From: Octopus sinensis
Lineage: Eukaryota
Length of the DNA: 64,000 nucleotides
Direction: 5' to 3'
Assembly (NCBI RefSeq): GCF_006345805.1
Contig: NC_043001.1
Coordinates: 16,554,001 to 16,618,000 of the forward strand
The translations under genes and the position numbers were made by a program. Positions within the stretch are counted from its first letter, which is position 1. Every line of letters starts with the position of its first letter. Positions 1 through 12,267 of the stretch are shown here, piece after piece. The notes under the pieces were generated by a model. That model was not told the DNA's origin and did no database searches. It saw only the letters and a program-made list of their open reading frames with translations.

Positions 1-104
1 TTGTTGCATTCACCATTTTTTAAAAATAATCCTGGGTCCTTTCGGGCGACCCGTCGTGCAGAGTCCCAGTCAGGCCTCATCTCCGTGAGATACCGCCTCA
101 TGTG

Positions 105-508
105 CCACAAGGGGCTACACACAGAGAGGACAAACAAGGACAGACAAACGGATTAAGTCGATTATATCGACCCCAGTGCGTAACTGGTACTTATTTAATC
201 GACCCCGAAAGGATGAAAGACAAAGTCGACCTCGGTGGAATTTGAACTCAGAACGTAGCAGCAGACGAAATACCTATTTCTTTACTACTCACAAGGGGCT
301 AAACACAGAGAGGACAAACAAGATAGTCAAACGGAGTAAGTCGATTATATCGACCTCCCCCCAGTGCGCAACTGGTACTTATTTAATCAACCCCGAAAAG
401 ATGAAAGGCAAAGTCGACCTCGGCGGAATTTGAACTCAGAACGTAGCGACAGACGAAATACCGCTCAGCATTTCGCCCGGCGTGCTAACGTTTCTGCAAG
501 CTCACCTC
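105..508 (-). mobile_element. tRNA-derived SINE family A (Nin/Deu-like core), head-to-tail dimer
   Basis: Reverse complement reads head ...gcagaaacgttagcacgccggg, B-box gttcaaattcc, core gcctttcatcctttcggggtcgat and tail ccccttgtg. The body occurs twice. Confidence 0.85.
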
Positions 509-557
509 CTTCCACTTGTGATAATATTTTGCCATTGTTTTTATTATCATTTCAAGT

Positions 558-915
558 CCCGTATTCCGGCGTAATTGGTTATCTGCCACGCCACGGCGGA
601 TATTGTCGATACAGAATCGTTTATTGTTTGGGAAACACCAAATTCGACTAATAATAGCTTTGTTTTATTGTTACAAAAGGTTGGGTGGAGTATATTACAC
701 GGACACTTAGCAGAAATCGTGGGCGGATGACGAAGAGTTTTACGACAATTATGCTGACTGTTATCGCATCGTTGACTATTATCGCTGCTGTAACATTGCC
801 ATACTTGTGTGAATACACCGATCCTGATCACTGACCAATGAATCCCTTTCAAATACAGGGACGCAATTATCGTATGAAGCAGACCCCCAAAAGTTTCATT
901 GGAGGATTACATATG
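558..915 (+). repeat. Diverged segment paralogous in inverted orientation to 9041-9427; function unknown
   Basis: Shared blocks gtattccggcg, ggatattgtcga, ctaataatagct, gtgggcggatga, tcactgaccaatgaatc and catatg align colinearly with the reverse complement of 9041-9427. Confidence 0.8.
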
Positions 916-1039
916 ACCAACATGCAAAGGAACATAGCAATACGTACATACATATATACGCACGCACACACACACACACGTATAATTCGTCCGTTGTTGT
1001 CGACGACGATGAAGAATATCACATAAGAGAAGATAAGGT

Positions 1040-1520
1040 ACGGGTGTGTCCAGTTGCAGCCGATCAGTCCAATGCTTACTAGGAAGGCTTTGCCGCGGTT
1101 CGGGCATTAATGGTCTGCTGGGACTGAAGGCAAAGCGTTGGGTCTGGACTTGTGCAGCTGGCGTTTTTTTTTGTGCTCTTGCAATCCTTTACTGTTCAAA
1201 GGAAGCACATCTCTGTTGGTGCAGCTTCTCTAGGCAGAGCGGTCCCGAGCTTGCATTTCCCCGGTGTCCGGGTTGAGCTCAATGTTCTTCAATTAGGTTT
1301 TGAGTGTATCCCTGAAACACTTTTTCTGTTCGCCTTCCGTGCGCTAACCGTCCGTCATTTTGCTGTAAAAATCTCTTAGGGTGTCGTGTGTCTGGCATTC
1401 GAACAAAATGGCTTGTCTTACATAAACACGCGAAGACTGGACCCAGAAGGACTGAGTGGAGGAAACCACTAGACTGGTTCAGCGGCGGGAGGGTGAACCA
1501 GCAAGCGTTATGGAATGCGA
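1040..1520 (-). mobile_element. Degenerate RTE/BovB-like LINE ORF2 C-terminus
   Basis: Minus-strand translation across frameshifts gives HFVRMPDTRHPKR...QKKCFRDTLKT...ARDRSA...CPNRGKAF..IGLI, resembling the RTE post-RT region and terminal Zn-finger remnant. Confidence 0.7.
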
Positions 1521-1537
1521 ACAAAGCACAGTGAGAC

Positions 1538-1712
1538 ACATACATACATACATACATACATACATACATACATACATACATACATGATGGCTGCCCTCTC
1601 GTTATCGAGTATGGCCATTGCACGAAGCTTAACTGTTATTGGTGCAGTGATCGAATGTGACTTTTTAGCCCAGCTAAAGATCTACAATGTCTTGTACAGA
1701 ATTGGCAGCTAA
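1538..1712 (-). mobile_element. 5'-truncated RTE-like 3' end with (TATG)n tail; same family as 17210-17515
   Basis: About 130 bp are near-identical to the reverse complement of 17384-17514 and end in a (TACA)n tract on the + strand. Confidence 0.75.
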
Positions 1713-2111
1713 AACATATACATACATACACACATACATACGTACGTACGTACGAACACACATAGATATATACTCTATATATAAGTTCAATATCAAGCCG
1801 TACTGTATGACAAAGAAGGGTGAGCTTGAACTGAGCTCGGAAGGAAATTCAGAATCCACCCCCTCCCCCGAAGAAAAAAGAGAAAAGAGCCCCCTATCCC
1901 ACAAAAAACTTGTCTGGTATTCAGTGTCTAAACCAAAAACAGACAAGGAACATAAAGGATTTTACTGATTATCATTTTGAGAAAGAGTCTTCTGATGGTT
2001 GTTGAAGGTATTGCATGTCCCAAGTAAAGACAAAATCAAAAATACAACAGTTTTCTTTTATCAAATGCTAAATAGAAATAGAAATAATATTATACACACA
2101 TTATATTATAT

Positions 2112-2173
<62 letters not shown>

Positions 2174-2206
2174 TATACATATATATATACACATATATAT
2201 ATACAC

Positions 2207-2248
<42 letters not shown>

Positions 2249-2250
2249 CA

Positions 2251-2302
<52 letters not shown>

Positions 2303-2599
2303 TATACATATATATATACATATTACACACACACACACACATATATATATAAATATACACATATTATATATATATATATAAACATATATATATACATATA
2401 TATATATATACACATATATATATTTTATATTGTACATACACGCATACACACGCACACACATGTATACACACATCTCAAAAATTGATAGACAACTCTCATT
2501 ATGATGCCATTTTATTTGTGCGGTCACTGCTTCGTGTTTCAAACTTGTTAATGCATCATTATTTTTCCTTACAGATTACAGTATATAAATTCCTTATAG

Positions 2600-2890
2600 C
2601 AACTGACCAAAACACGAACATCAGGAACAAAAAATGTTGCATGATTTTCAAAGAAGGTGTGTTGTGGATCAATATGGAGGTGACCTTAGCCAATGTCCTC
2701 TGACAGGTAACTCGGTTTTGTCAAGCGTATTGATGAAAATAATCCCCGTTCCAAGGCAGCTGATGTTGCAGACTAATTCCAAATGAGTCGGACTACTTCT
2801 GCGAGGTATCTCCATCAACTTGGTATCTATAGCAGGGGAACTAGAACGAAGCCTCTTCTTTGAACAGCCAAATATCCATAGAAGAAAGGA
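2600..2890 (+). pseudogene. Tc1-like transposase N-terminal relic (duplicated at 3567-3857)
   Basis: Translation KRIDENNPRSKAADVAD*FQMSRTTSARYLHQLGIYSRGTRTKPLL* resembles the Tc1 HTH/RKKPLL region; it contains stops. Confidence 0.55.
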
Positions 2891-3085
2891 GAAATAAATC
2901 TTTAAAAAATGATGGCGTCTATTTCCTTTTAAGACGTCTGTCTGTCTGACCGTCTGTTTGTCTCTCTCCTGCTCTCTCCGTCTCTATTAGTCTCTGACTG
3001 TCTTTCCGTTTGTCTGTCTGTTTGTCTCCCTCGACCGCTACCTCCAAAAGTTTTATATTCTCTCTCTGTTTATTTCCTCGTGTTC

Positions 3086-3121
3086 CTTTCTGTTGATGAG
3101 CGTAGGCTCGAAACGTAAAAG
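3086..3121 (+). ncRNA. Minimal type I hammerhead-ribozyme-like motif in a Penelope-LTR-like module
   Basis: cttt-CTGTTGA-t-GAGC gtag GCTC-GAAAC-GTA-aaag: 4-bp stem I, 4-bp stem II, palindromic ACGT stem III, core A6 to U. Confidence 0.5.
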
Positions 3122-3210
3122 ACTTTCTCACCGAGCGTCAAACTAATATACCTGCTTGTTGTTTATACATCTATCTTCGACATTTGTTTTTCTGTAAATT
3201 ACAACCATAT

Positions 3211-3273
<63 letters not shown>

Positions 3274-4052
3274 TATACATATATATATACATATTACACA
3301 CACACACACACATATATATATAAATATACACATATTATATATATATAAACATATATATATACATATATATATATATACACATATATATATTTTATATTGT
3401 ACATACACGCATACACACGCACACACATGTATACACACATCTCAAAAATTGATAGACAACTCTCATTATGATGCCATTTTATTTGTGCGGTCACTGCTTC
3501 GTGTTTCAAACTTGTTAATGCATCATTATTTTTCCTTACAGATTACAGTATATAAATTCCTTATAGCAACTGACCAAAACACGAACATCAGGAACAAAAA
3601 ATGTTGCATGATTTTCAAAGAAGGTGTGTTGTGGATCAATATGGAGGTGACCTTAGCCAATGTCCTCTGACAGGTAACTCGGTTTTGTCAAGCGTATTGA
3701 TGAAAATAATCCCCGTTCCAAGGCAGCTGATGTTGCAGACTAATTCCAAATGAGTCGGACTACTTCTGCGAGGTATCTCCATCAACTTGGTATCTATAGC
3801 AGGGGAACTAGAACGAAGCCTCTTCTTTGAACAGCCAAATATCCATAGAAGAAAGGAGAAATAAATCTTTAAAAAATGATGGCGTCTATTTCCTTTTAAG
3901 ACGTCTGTCTGTCTGACCGTCTGTTTGTCTCTCTCCTTCTCTCTCCGTCTCTATTAGTCTCTGACTGTCTTTCCGTTTGTCTGTCTGTTTGTCTCCCTCG
4001 ACCGCTACCTCCAAAAGTTTTATATTCTCTCTCTGTTTATTTCCTCGTGTTC

Positions 4053-4088
4053 CTTTCTGTTGATGAGCGTAGGCTCGAAACGTAAAAG
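4053..4088 (+). ncRNA. Duplicate copy of the hammerhead-like motif at 3086
   Basis: Identical sequence within the 967-bp duplication. Confidence 0.5.
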
Positions 4089-4171
4089 ACTTTCTCACCG
4101 AGCGTCAAACTAATATACCTGCTTGTTGTTTATACATCTATCTTCGACATTTGTTTTTCTGTAAATTACAA

Positions 4172-4208
<37 letters not shown>

Positions 4209-6569
4209 ACAAAGTAAGTTAGGGCTTATGGGTGTAACCCACTAAGGGATAGTATTTACCCAATATACTGTTGGTAAAGTACCCAGATTCTTAATACATA
4301 AATGTTTTTAATTGCAATGCAATTAACTTATTTATTGTATTAAACGGGTGAAGGTAAAGAAATATTTTTACCGTTAATTTATAATACAAATAAGAAAATG
4401 GAGAAACAATTTAGTTTGTTCATCGACTTTCAGATATTAGAATGTTGGATTATTTATTCATTTAACAAAATGAGAACCTTAATAGCATACATATATATCT
4501 TATAATTCAATATATATAAGATAAGAATACAAATTATAAAAATCATAATATAAATTATTGAAATCCTTAAAATCACTTCTTACAGCTGTTTCAGCCTATG
4601 GTTAAAATTAGTTATTTAAAATTTTATTGCCTATAGTTGTCAATATATTGAGGTTATAGGCATAAGGATATATATGGATTTACATATATATCATATACAT
4701 ACATGCACACACACATACATACATATATACATACTTACATACATACACGCACATATCTAAATATCTAATGATTTTGCCTTCCTACGTACATACACATAAA
4801 TTACGCGCAAAATAAACGCGCTGGAAAATATATTATGTAGAAAAATAATTGTTTAAAAAATATCCGGCGATATTTATCAGCTGTTATTTCATTTAAGGTG
4901 TTTATTTAGATTTTACAACAAATTGATTGTAGGTCACATTTTCACAATCCATGCTTGTATGTATATTTAACCTAAAGTATCAGTCTTCTTTACTCAGTTG
5001 TAGCTATTGTCTATAAGAGAACGTTTAGTTTTAATTACAAATTAATTGTTGTTTTTGCATAATCATGAGACGAAAGAATACATTTTTTTTTTCTTTAGGA
5101 TTAGAAAAACGAGATGTAGTTTCTTTCATGCTTTCCACAAGCGCTTATGTGTAATAGAATTGTCAATTGATGTTTATTTGTCGACTATTTTTTTCTGAAA
5201 TATCCCACCTCCCATCTTTGTAAACGTTGTCACTGATTCTCCAGAAATTCTATTTTAAGTTTTTAAACGTACAAAAGTACTTTCCAGTTTTCGTTCAGTG
5301 TCACATTGGGCTTTTTTTAGGTATCATGTTTTTTACCAATTGTCAGACAAAACATAAATATAAAAATTAGCTTAACCACATGTAAACACATTTACACATA
5401 ATTTTTCTCTAAATCTATGAGCTGCCGTTGTTTTTATTCTCTCTGTATCGCGGCAACGGAGTTAACCGAACAAGGACGAAGTGTAACGAAACTTGCTATC
5501 TATTTGATACAGGCAGGGTGATACTGATTACTTTTAGGATAGAGCTCAAAGTTTCATTCCATAAAACGGCACGAGTGTATATGTCTTTAAATATATAAAT
5601 AGTGTCGTGTCTACTAAATGTTTTAGGTGTGAAAACAGCCCCACTTCAAGTTAGAAACTTGAATTTAACATCATCAAATACACACTTGCTCTTTTACTCC
5701 ACAGTAAATATGTTTTTATATACTGGCTTTAACTCTTGATATGCTTTTAGCTGATCTGATCATATATCTTCTATTTTATATCGCAAATACTGATTAATCT
5801 TTGGGTCATAAAATTTCCGACGGCGAAAGTGACATGGCCGCCTCTGTTACTTGGTGCAAAATATATATATCAAGATAATTTGTGTATAAAGCGATAGGAT
5901 TTGGTTTCCCTGCTTATGTTTATATATCCTCCCCACTACACGCTATATGCATGTATGTATATAAGGGTTTTAGAAAAATATTTGTAGAAAACTCAATAAT
6001 GATTAATAATTTTTAATTTACGAAAAGTTTTCTTAGCTGATTGATACCGACATTTTGAAAGGAGATTTTCGTGTTATATTATGCGCTATTAAAAGCTATC
6101 ACTTGTTTTCAGCTTTTCAAACACACGTATTATAAAATAATCTGTACAGATTTCGTAGTTTTTAGTACCGTCAACTATTTTCTATTTGGTGTCGGATTTA
6201 GAATACTTAGAAAGTCTTTTTTGTTCCTCTTTTGTCGATAATCTTTTTCCTTTATTTTGAAAAAAAACCCCGGAATATTTTAAACTTTCAATTTACAAAA
6301 ATTCTTAGGTGTTTACTACATGGTAAAAAAAATGAATAATTGATTTGTTACTTATATACCCTAATTGGGTCTATTAATTTTGGTCATGTCTGGCCGATAT
6401 AATCCTTACTGCATTGTAGCATGTGAAGCGGTAAATAAGATGTTTGTTTTGAAAATATATTGACATTAACCATCATTTCTTCCATTCCTGGATTTTTTCG
6501 TTTTACCATGTTCAGTAAATTCACACGCTTTCGAATCTACCTAAGTATGGGTATGATAACGAAAGTGAT

Positions 6570-7000
6570 ACCTTCTTGGGTAAGAAATTGCTGGTGAAGA
6601 ATCGTGGTTACATCAAAGTTAACTGAAGAATAAACGTCAGGATATAGAAAGGAAACATCTATAATGGCTTGCCAAGAAAAAGTTCAGCACAGAACGAACA
6701 GCAAGAAACGTGATTCTGGCAGATGCGATGGGAAACTTATAAAGACTTAATAAAGTCTCAACTGTCAGCAATGCTTGATATAGCTAGAAATTGCATGACA
6801 AGCGAAAGCTCACTATTCGTAGCAAATTTTGAGGACTACTGTTGAAAGGTAGTCTATGTTAGGCTGTGTTATGACATGAAATTGCCAATCCTCTTCTACT
6901 TTACTCACTGTTGAAATCCTCCAGAAACTCGGATTTGTCGTATTGGAGCAACCTCCATATAGTTCTGAGTTTGCTCTTTTGCGCTATCACCTGTTTGATA
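6570..7000 (+). pseudogene. Mariner transposase catalytic-domain relic
   Basis: IAGEESWLH...KKKFST...LQKLGFVVLEQPPYSSEFALLRYHLF matches mariner TGDESW / HPPYSPDLAPSDYHLF motifs; stops and frameshifts are present. Confidence 0.8.
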
Positions 7001-7039
7001 CAAGGCTCTCCATTGCTTTTCCAGCATAGCCGCAATCCT

Positions 7040-7560
7040 TAAGCATGTTTACCATTGCCGATGCTACATCGATTGTTATAGACACTTGTTTTAATAAGAA
7101 CAGATTCATATTTATAATACACGGGACCAATACTTTGGGAATATCCATTCGTATTTTAGCACCCTTGATAGGTACTATTCCAACAAACTCTTCACCAAAG
7201 AAATACCAACGACTTCTCCACGTACAGACATTGCAAGTTGAGCTATATGTATGGTGCCAGTACTCTCATCAGGCACCACAGATCGAGAGCTATAAGTTTT
7301 TACAGTAGACTTTTAAGCAAATTTTCAAATCTGCTAAATTTCGTCTGTTTGTCATGCAACTATTTCTGCAGAAAGGCTGGCTTTTGATGAAAGAAAAAAG
7401 TTGTGGTTTTGGTTTTTATTTGGGACATACAATGTTTTGAATGGTCATTACAATATTCTTCAGAAGATTACAACCAGTAAAAGGCTATATGTTGTGAGCC
7501 ATCGTATTCGACATTGCCTACTAGGTGAGAATTTTTTTGCTCATTTTCTATTTGATCATG
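7040..7560 (-). pseudogene. hAT (Charlie/SPIN/GTF2IRD2-like) transposase relic
   Basis: Minus-strand SLSAEIVA...DESTGTIHIAQLAMSVRG...EEFVGIVPIKG...VSITIDVASAMV matches hAT DEST / TTDGAPAM motifs; frameshifted. Confidence 0.75.
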
Positions 7561-7619
7561 AAATGCCAATCTTTATTTACGGGAGCTCAGTGTTTATAAG
7601 TTTAATTTTTCATTGTGTT

Positions 7620-8210
7620 CCTATTAAGTCCATTGAATCATACTGTGGCTATGGCGAAAAAATGTATCTGCTGGACGCTTCTGAAAGGATTAGAGACAAA
7701 CAATTACCTCTCTGGTCAATCTCTCATCAATTTCTTCAAGTATCACTTGAAAAGGAAAGTGAGAGTAGGGAGGCAAGTTTTGTCTAGCGAATGTTTCAAA
7801 AAAAGATGGGTGAATGTAGCAAGGATGGCACGTATGAATGACGAAGCCACCTTGAGCATAACCCTATGAACCCGGAAAAATTTAAAACAGAGGGTTACCT
7901 ACTTGCAAACAAATGTGTTAACATGTGACATTATTGACCGAGGTTACCGTGGTCTTTTCCGTAGGCTTTTCTTTTCACGGATAAACTTTATCTGCTCCCC
8001 CCTTTACACTTTACATCATGACATTTCTGTGATACACAATCCTTATTGATCGTTTTTTTCTTTTTCTTTTTTTTTTCTTTCCCTTTTACGATCCCTTTTG
8101 ATGGAAAACCTACCCCACTTTTTTCTTTTTCTTTTCTCCCCAAAAAGAAAAGCTCTACTTTGTAATCGGTCCCGTCTGTGTGCAGCCCTGTGTGGCTAAG
8201 AAAGAAACAT
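7620..8210 (+). mobile_element. Tx1/L1-like LINE 3' end (ORF2 C-terminus plus 3' UTR), 5'-truncated
   Basis: ORF end AMAKKCICWTLLKGLETNNYLSGQSLINFFKYHLKRKVRV...KKRWVNVARM...LSITL*. A second copy lies at 21983-22397. The clade assignment is from recalled similarity. Confidence 0.65.
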
Positions 8211-8511
8211 GAATTATTATTGTTGCTTGATGATTTACTCCCTTTCACAATATGCAGAGTAAATGTGTTTGTAGACGTATGTATTTGACGTAGAATAATA
8301 TAAAATTTACTTGTTTCTCCGTATGTTGAAAAAAATTATGAACAGCCTCAATTGATTGTCATCTTATGCTAACTCATCAAAAGCGTCTACATCACTTGAC
8401 CAATCCCGGGAACAAGTAGCGAATCCGTTTAATATACTCATCAAATTTTATAGGGTCAGAGAACTGGAGCTACTGATTTGTGTCCTGTTTAATTTGTGTA
8501 TGAATGTATAT

Positions 8512-8698
8512 GTACATTTTCGCCTGTCTTTACGTTCTGAGTTCAAACTCCGCCGAGGTCGACTTTGTCTTTCATCTTTTCGGGGGTCAATTAAATAAGT
8601 ACCAGTTACGCACTGGGGTCGATATAATCGACTTAATCCATGTGTCTGTCCTTGTTTGTCACCTCTGTGTTTAGCCCCTTGTAGGTAGTAAAGAAATA
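8512..8698 (+). mobile_element. SINE family A, headless copy
   Basis: B-box, core and tail are present. Confidence 0.8.
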
Positions 8699-8731
8699 GA
8701 ATGTATATGTACATGTACACACTCACACACA

Positions 8732-8772
<41 letters not shown>

Positions 8773-8811
8773 TTATTATGTTCCTTTTCTTGCTGGTCAT
8801 ATGTACCTATT

Positions 8812-9040
8812 TCTTTATTACCCACAAGGGGCTAAACATAGATGGGACAAACAAGGACAGACATAGGTATTAAGTCGATTCCATCGACCCCAGTGCGTAA
8901 CTGGTACTTAATTTATCGACCCCGAAAGGATGAAAGGCAAAGTCGACCTCGGCGGAATTTGAACTCACAGCGTAACGACAGACGAAATACGGCTACGCAT
9001 TTCGCCCGGCTTGCTAACGTTTCTGCCAGCTCGCCGCCTT
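8812..9040 (-). mobile_element. SINE family A monomer
   Basis: Full head-core-tail on the minus strand. Confidence 0.85.
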
Positions 9041-9427
9041 CATATGTACCACTCCTATGAAAATTTTTGGCTTTGCTTTATGGAATAAGTGCATCCCTTT
9101 ATTTGAAGTTGATTCATTGGTCAGTGACTTAGATCGGTATATCCAGACGAGTATTATAATTCTACAGCAACGATACGCGCCAAACAAGGCGATAATAATC
9201 AACATGATTGTCACGAAACTCATCATCATCATCCGCCCACTACTTTCGCAAAATGTCCTTGTAATATCCCTCATACAATGCTTTGTATTAATAAAAGAAG
9301 CTATTATTAGATGAAGTGGTGTTTCCTGGGCATAAAAGATTACACGTCGACAATATCCACGATTGTGGGATAAGAGATTGCATTGTAATGACAATCACAG
9401 AAAACCAATTAGCGCCGGAATACAGAA
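9041..9427 (-). repeat. Second copy of the diverged inverted segment (see 558-915)
   Basis: Colinear homology to 558-915; carries the open frame 9014..9394. Confidence 0.8.
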
Positions 9428-9530
9428 AAGCCTTAGATGAGTGGCTCTTAGTAAAAAAAAAATAAATAGTACAATATAGCCATAAGTGGAAGCAGAGTAA
9501 TCTAGAGAACGTGCTTTATCCCAGGCAGAT

Positions 9531-9857
9531 GTGAAGGCGCGTGGCATAGTGGTTAGGGCATTTGGTTCATGATTGTAAGGTCGTGAGTACGATTTCCGGC
9601 GACACGTTGTGTTCTTGAGCAAGACACTTTATTTCACGTTGCTCCAGACCACTCAGCTGGCAAAAATGAGTTGTACCTGTAATTTCAAAGGGGTCGGCCT
9701 TGTCCCACTCTGTGTCACGCTGAATCTCCCTGGGGAACTAAGTTAAGGGTACACGTGTTTGTGGATTGCTCAGACACTTCAACGTTAATTTCACGAGCAG
9801 GCTGTTCTGTTGATCATTTCAGCTGGGACCCTCGTCGTCGTAACCGACGGAGTGCTC
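9531..9857 (+). mobile_element. tRNA/CORE-like SINE family D with shared 3' module
   Basis: Head ggcgcgtggcatagtggttaggg, CORE-like ttgagcaagacacttta, 3' end gtcgtcgtaaccgacggagtgc. Confidence 0.8.
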
Positions 9858-10199
9858 CTATGTTCGGAGATGCATTTGACTGCTCAAGACTCCTGCACAA
9901 ACAATGGCAGGGGGAAAGAAATGTTGGCTAATTTTTGACCCAACATTACCCATGAGCTTTCACCCATTGTTTGAGCGACAGCTCTAAACGTTCTTTTGTA
10001 TAACTTATATATATATTATTTAGTTTAAAGTCTTTTATCGACTATACATTTCTAAAACTACAGAATTTTAAAAAATGTTCTTTTTGCAGCATCTCTAAAC
10101 CATCAATCTTTGCATTTATGTACCTTGTCTGTACTATAACATGACTCCTTTGTAAACTCCTTGCCCCATCGTGTGAAATGGGCAAAACCCCAAAAACTG

Positions 10200-10357
10200 A
10201 AGAATGGGAAGGAATGGAGGGTTAATGCAAATATGAATTACAAATCAACAAATTTCATTCACTGCATCACATACCCACAATGCAATGTGAATTATGTAGT
10301 CCAAACAGGATCAAAATTAATAGATCGGGTTAGGGTGCATAAGCAACGAATCAAGGA

Positions 10358-10360
<3 letters not shown>
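10200..10360 (+). pseudogene. Penelope-like GIY-YIG endonuclease relic
   Basis: KSTNFIHCITYPQCNVNYVVQTGSKLIDRVRVHKQRIKD resembles NLIYxIxCxxC..YIGQT..L..R..HK; truncated by a SINE fragment. Confidence 0.7.
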
Positions 10361-10399
<39 letters not shown>

Positions 10400-10594
10400 T
10401 ATATACGACGGGCTTCTTTCAGTTTCCATCTACCAAATCGACTCACAAAGCTTGTAATTTAATCCATTGTTGGTTACCAGCGTCAATTCATAGATAGACC
10501 CAAGTTGATAAACGTATGTATATTCAGCATTACTCGATATATCATCGTTAAAGAAAAGACTTTTGCATTTTCTTTTTACTTTATTGGTGTTGAG

Positions 10595-10639
<45 letters not shown>

Positions 10640-10764
10640 GCATATATGGGTACAGGACGTCACCAAAGTAAACAACAGGAAATATGAAAACAAATGAGTT
10701 AAATACGCAAATAACGAGAGTAAAAAATGGAAAACAGGACACGTAACATAAAGAATACATAGAA

Positions 10765-10838
10765 CGACCCTTCATCAGTTGTCGTCGGTCTATCTACTCC
10801 CCATTTCGAGCAACCAACGACAAAACGAGTCTTCGAAG
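10765..10838 (-). ncRNA. Permuted hammerhead-like motif (closed stem I) within a Penelope-LTR-like repeat (about 10640-10960)
   Basis: Minus strand: cttc-GAAGAC-tc-GTT-[ttgtcgttggt...accgacgacaa, 11 bp with 1 GU]-CTGATGA-aggg. Confidence 0.45.
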
Positions 10839-11881
10839 ACAGTTGCTCTTATAAATACTAAAATTAAATTTTGGATTTATGGAGGGTCAAACATAGGAAC
10901 AAAAACAGGACAGTGGAGACATACAGGAAAACTATGTGTGTATACTACTCTGGTAGGTACTTTCAGTTGAGTCACGTAAAATGAAGTACCTTGCTCATAG
11001 GCACGACGGGAATCGATCCCACGACCTTATGATCGTGAGCCTAACATCGCTAACCACTAAGCTACGTATATCTAAAATGTGTAGATAAAGGCAAACATTT
11101 AAATTATTTGTGTTAAACATCGAATTGAGAGTTATCAACATAATCTAAAATTATAATAATGAAACATATAATAATCTTACATAATCTAAATGTTTATTTC
11201 AAAAAACAAACACAAAAGTTTGAAATCTTGTTACAGCATTTTCTTAAGCCTGAACAAAATTTAACAATTATATATTCATAAAATCATTAAAAAAACTAAG
11301 TTTTTTCTAGAAATAATAATTCCCATGAATAAACAATATTTTAGAAACTTAAATAAATAGACATACTAATACGCTACTGAATAAATTTAATGACAATTCA
11401 CTAGGGATTTTAATGGAAATAAACATGTTTTTTTTTCTACTAAAATGTACTAAATAACTTGTGATTTTAACCTAACTTTAGATAATAATTCGCGTTTAGC
11501 AACTATCAAGATGTATGACTTCCATCTCCTATTTCTCGCCCACCAACAGCCGACGACCCACATAATCTACATTATTTGAGTCAACGACAGTAACGGTTCT
11601 TAAGAAAGATAAAGAATATCCTTATACTTTCAAAATACGATTGTGCATAATAGAAACCTCTAGTTAAGCCTACTCAGCCTCGATAAAACAAATACATCGA
11701 AAATTTTCCTCACTAGAGATCAGTAAATGTTTACCTTTTTTCTGCAGCTCAATTTAGCAATTATTGACCCCCATCAAGGAAACAGTCTTGTACCTCTTAT
11801 TCTAAAGTCACTTAAAACTTTCAAAGTCGCTACAGTCTCTGATGATCTTTCCTGCAGATCTTACGTACACAATGAGGCTAT

Positions 11882-12267
11882 GTGGAAGCACTCCGTCGGT
11901 TACGACGATGAGGGTTCCGGTTGATCCGACCAACGGAACAACCTGCTCGTGAAATTAACGTGTAAGTGGCTGAGCACTCCACAGACACGTGTACCCTTAA
12001 CGTAGTTCTCGGGGATATTCAGCGTGACACAGAGAGTGACAAGGCCGGCCCTGTGAAATACAGGTACAACAGAAACAGGAAGTAAGAGTGAGAGAAAGTT
12101 GTGGTGAAAGAGTACAGCAGGGATCACCACCATCCCCTGCCAGAGCCTCGTGGAGCTTTAGGTGTTTTCGCTCAATAAACACTGACAACGCCCGGTCTGG
12201 GAATCGAAACCGCGATCTTAGGACCGCGAGTCCGCTGCCCTAACCACTGGGCCATTGCGCCTCCACG
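11882..12267 (-). mobile_element. tRNA-derived SINE family C, full length with 12-bp TSD
   Basis: TSD caatgaggctat at 11870-11881 and 12268-12279; near-identical to 36321-36706. Confidence 0.9.

Larger units (their letters stand above)
2240..4175. repeat. Direct tandem duplication, period 967 bp, bounded by (TA)n
   Basis: Identical ORFs at 2482/3449 and near-identical ORFs at 2919/3886 are offset by 967. Only about one substitution is visible in the unique sequence (ctcctgctc vs ctccttctc). Confidence 0.95.

Noticed and set aside
4570-4660. Minus-strand GAAAC-AGCT-GUA with a gcctat/ataggc stem
   Set aside because: No CUGANGA-like core or stem I partner was found; at best a heavily decayed hammerhead.
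11748-11870. Strong acceptor (ccttttttctgcag) followed by an open frame LNLAIIDPHQGNSLVPL...
   Set aside because: No convincing donor, no recognisable domain, and it runs into a SINE. It cannot be supported without RNA data.
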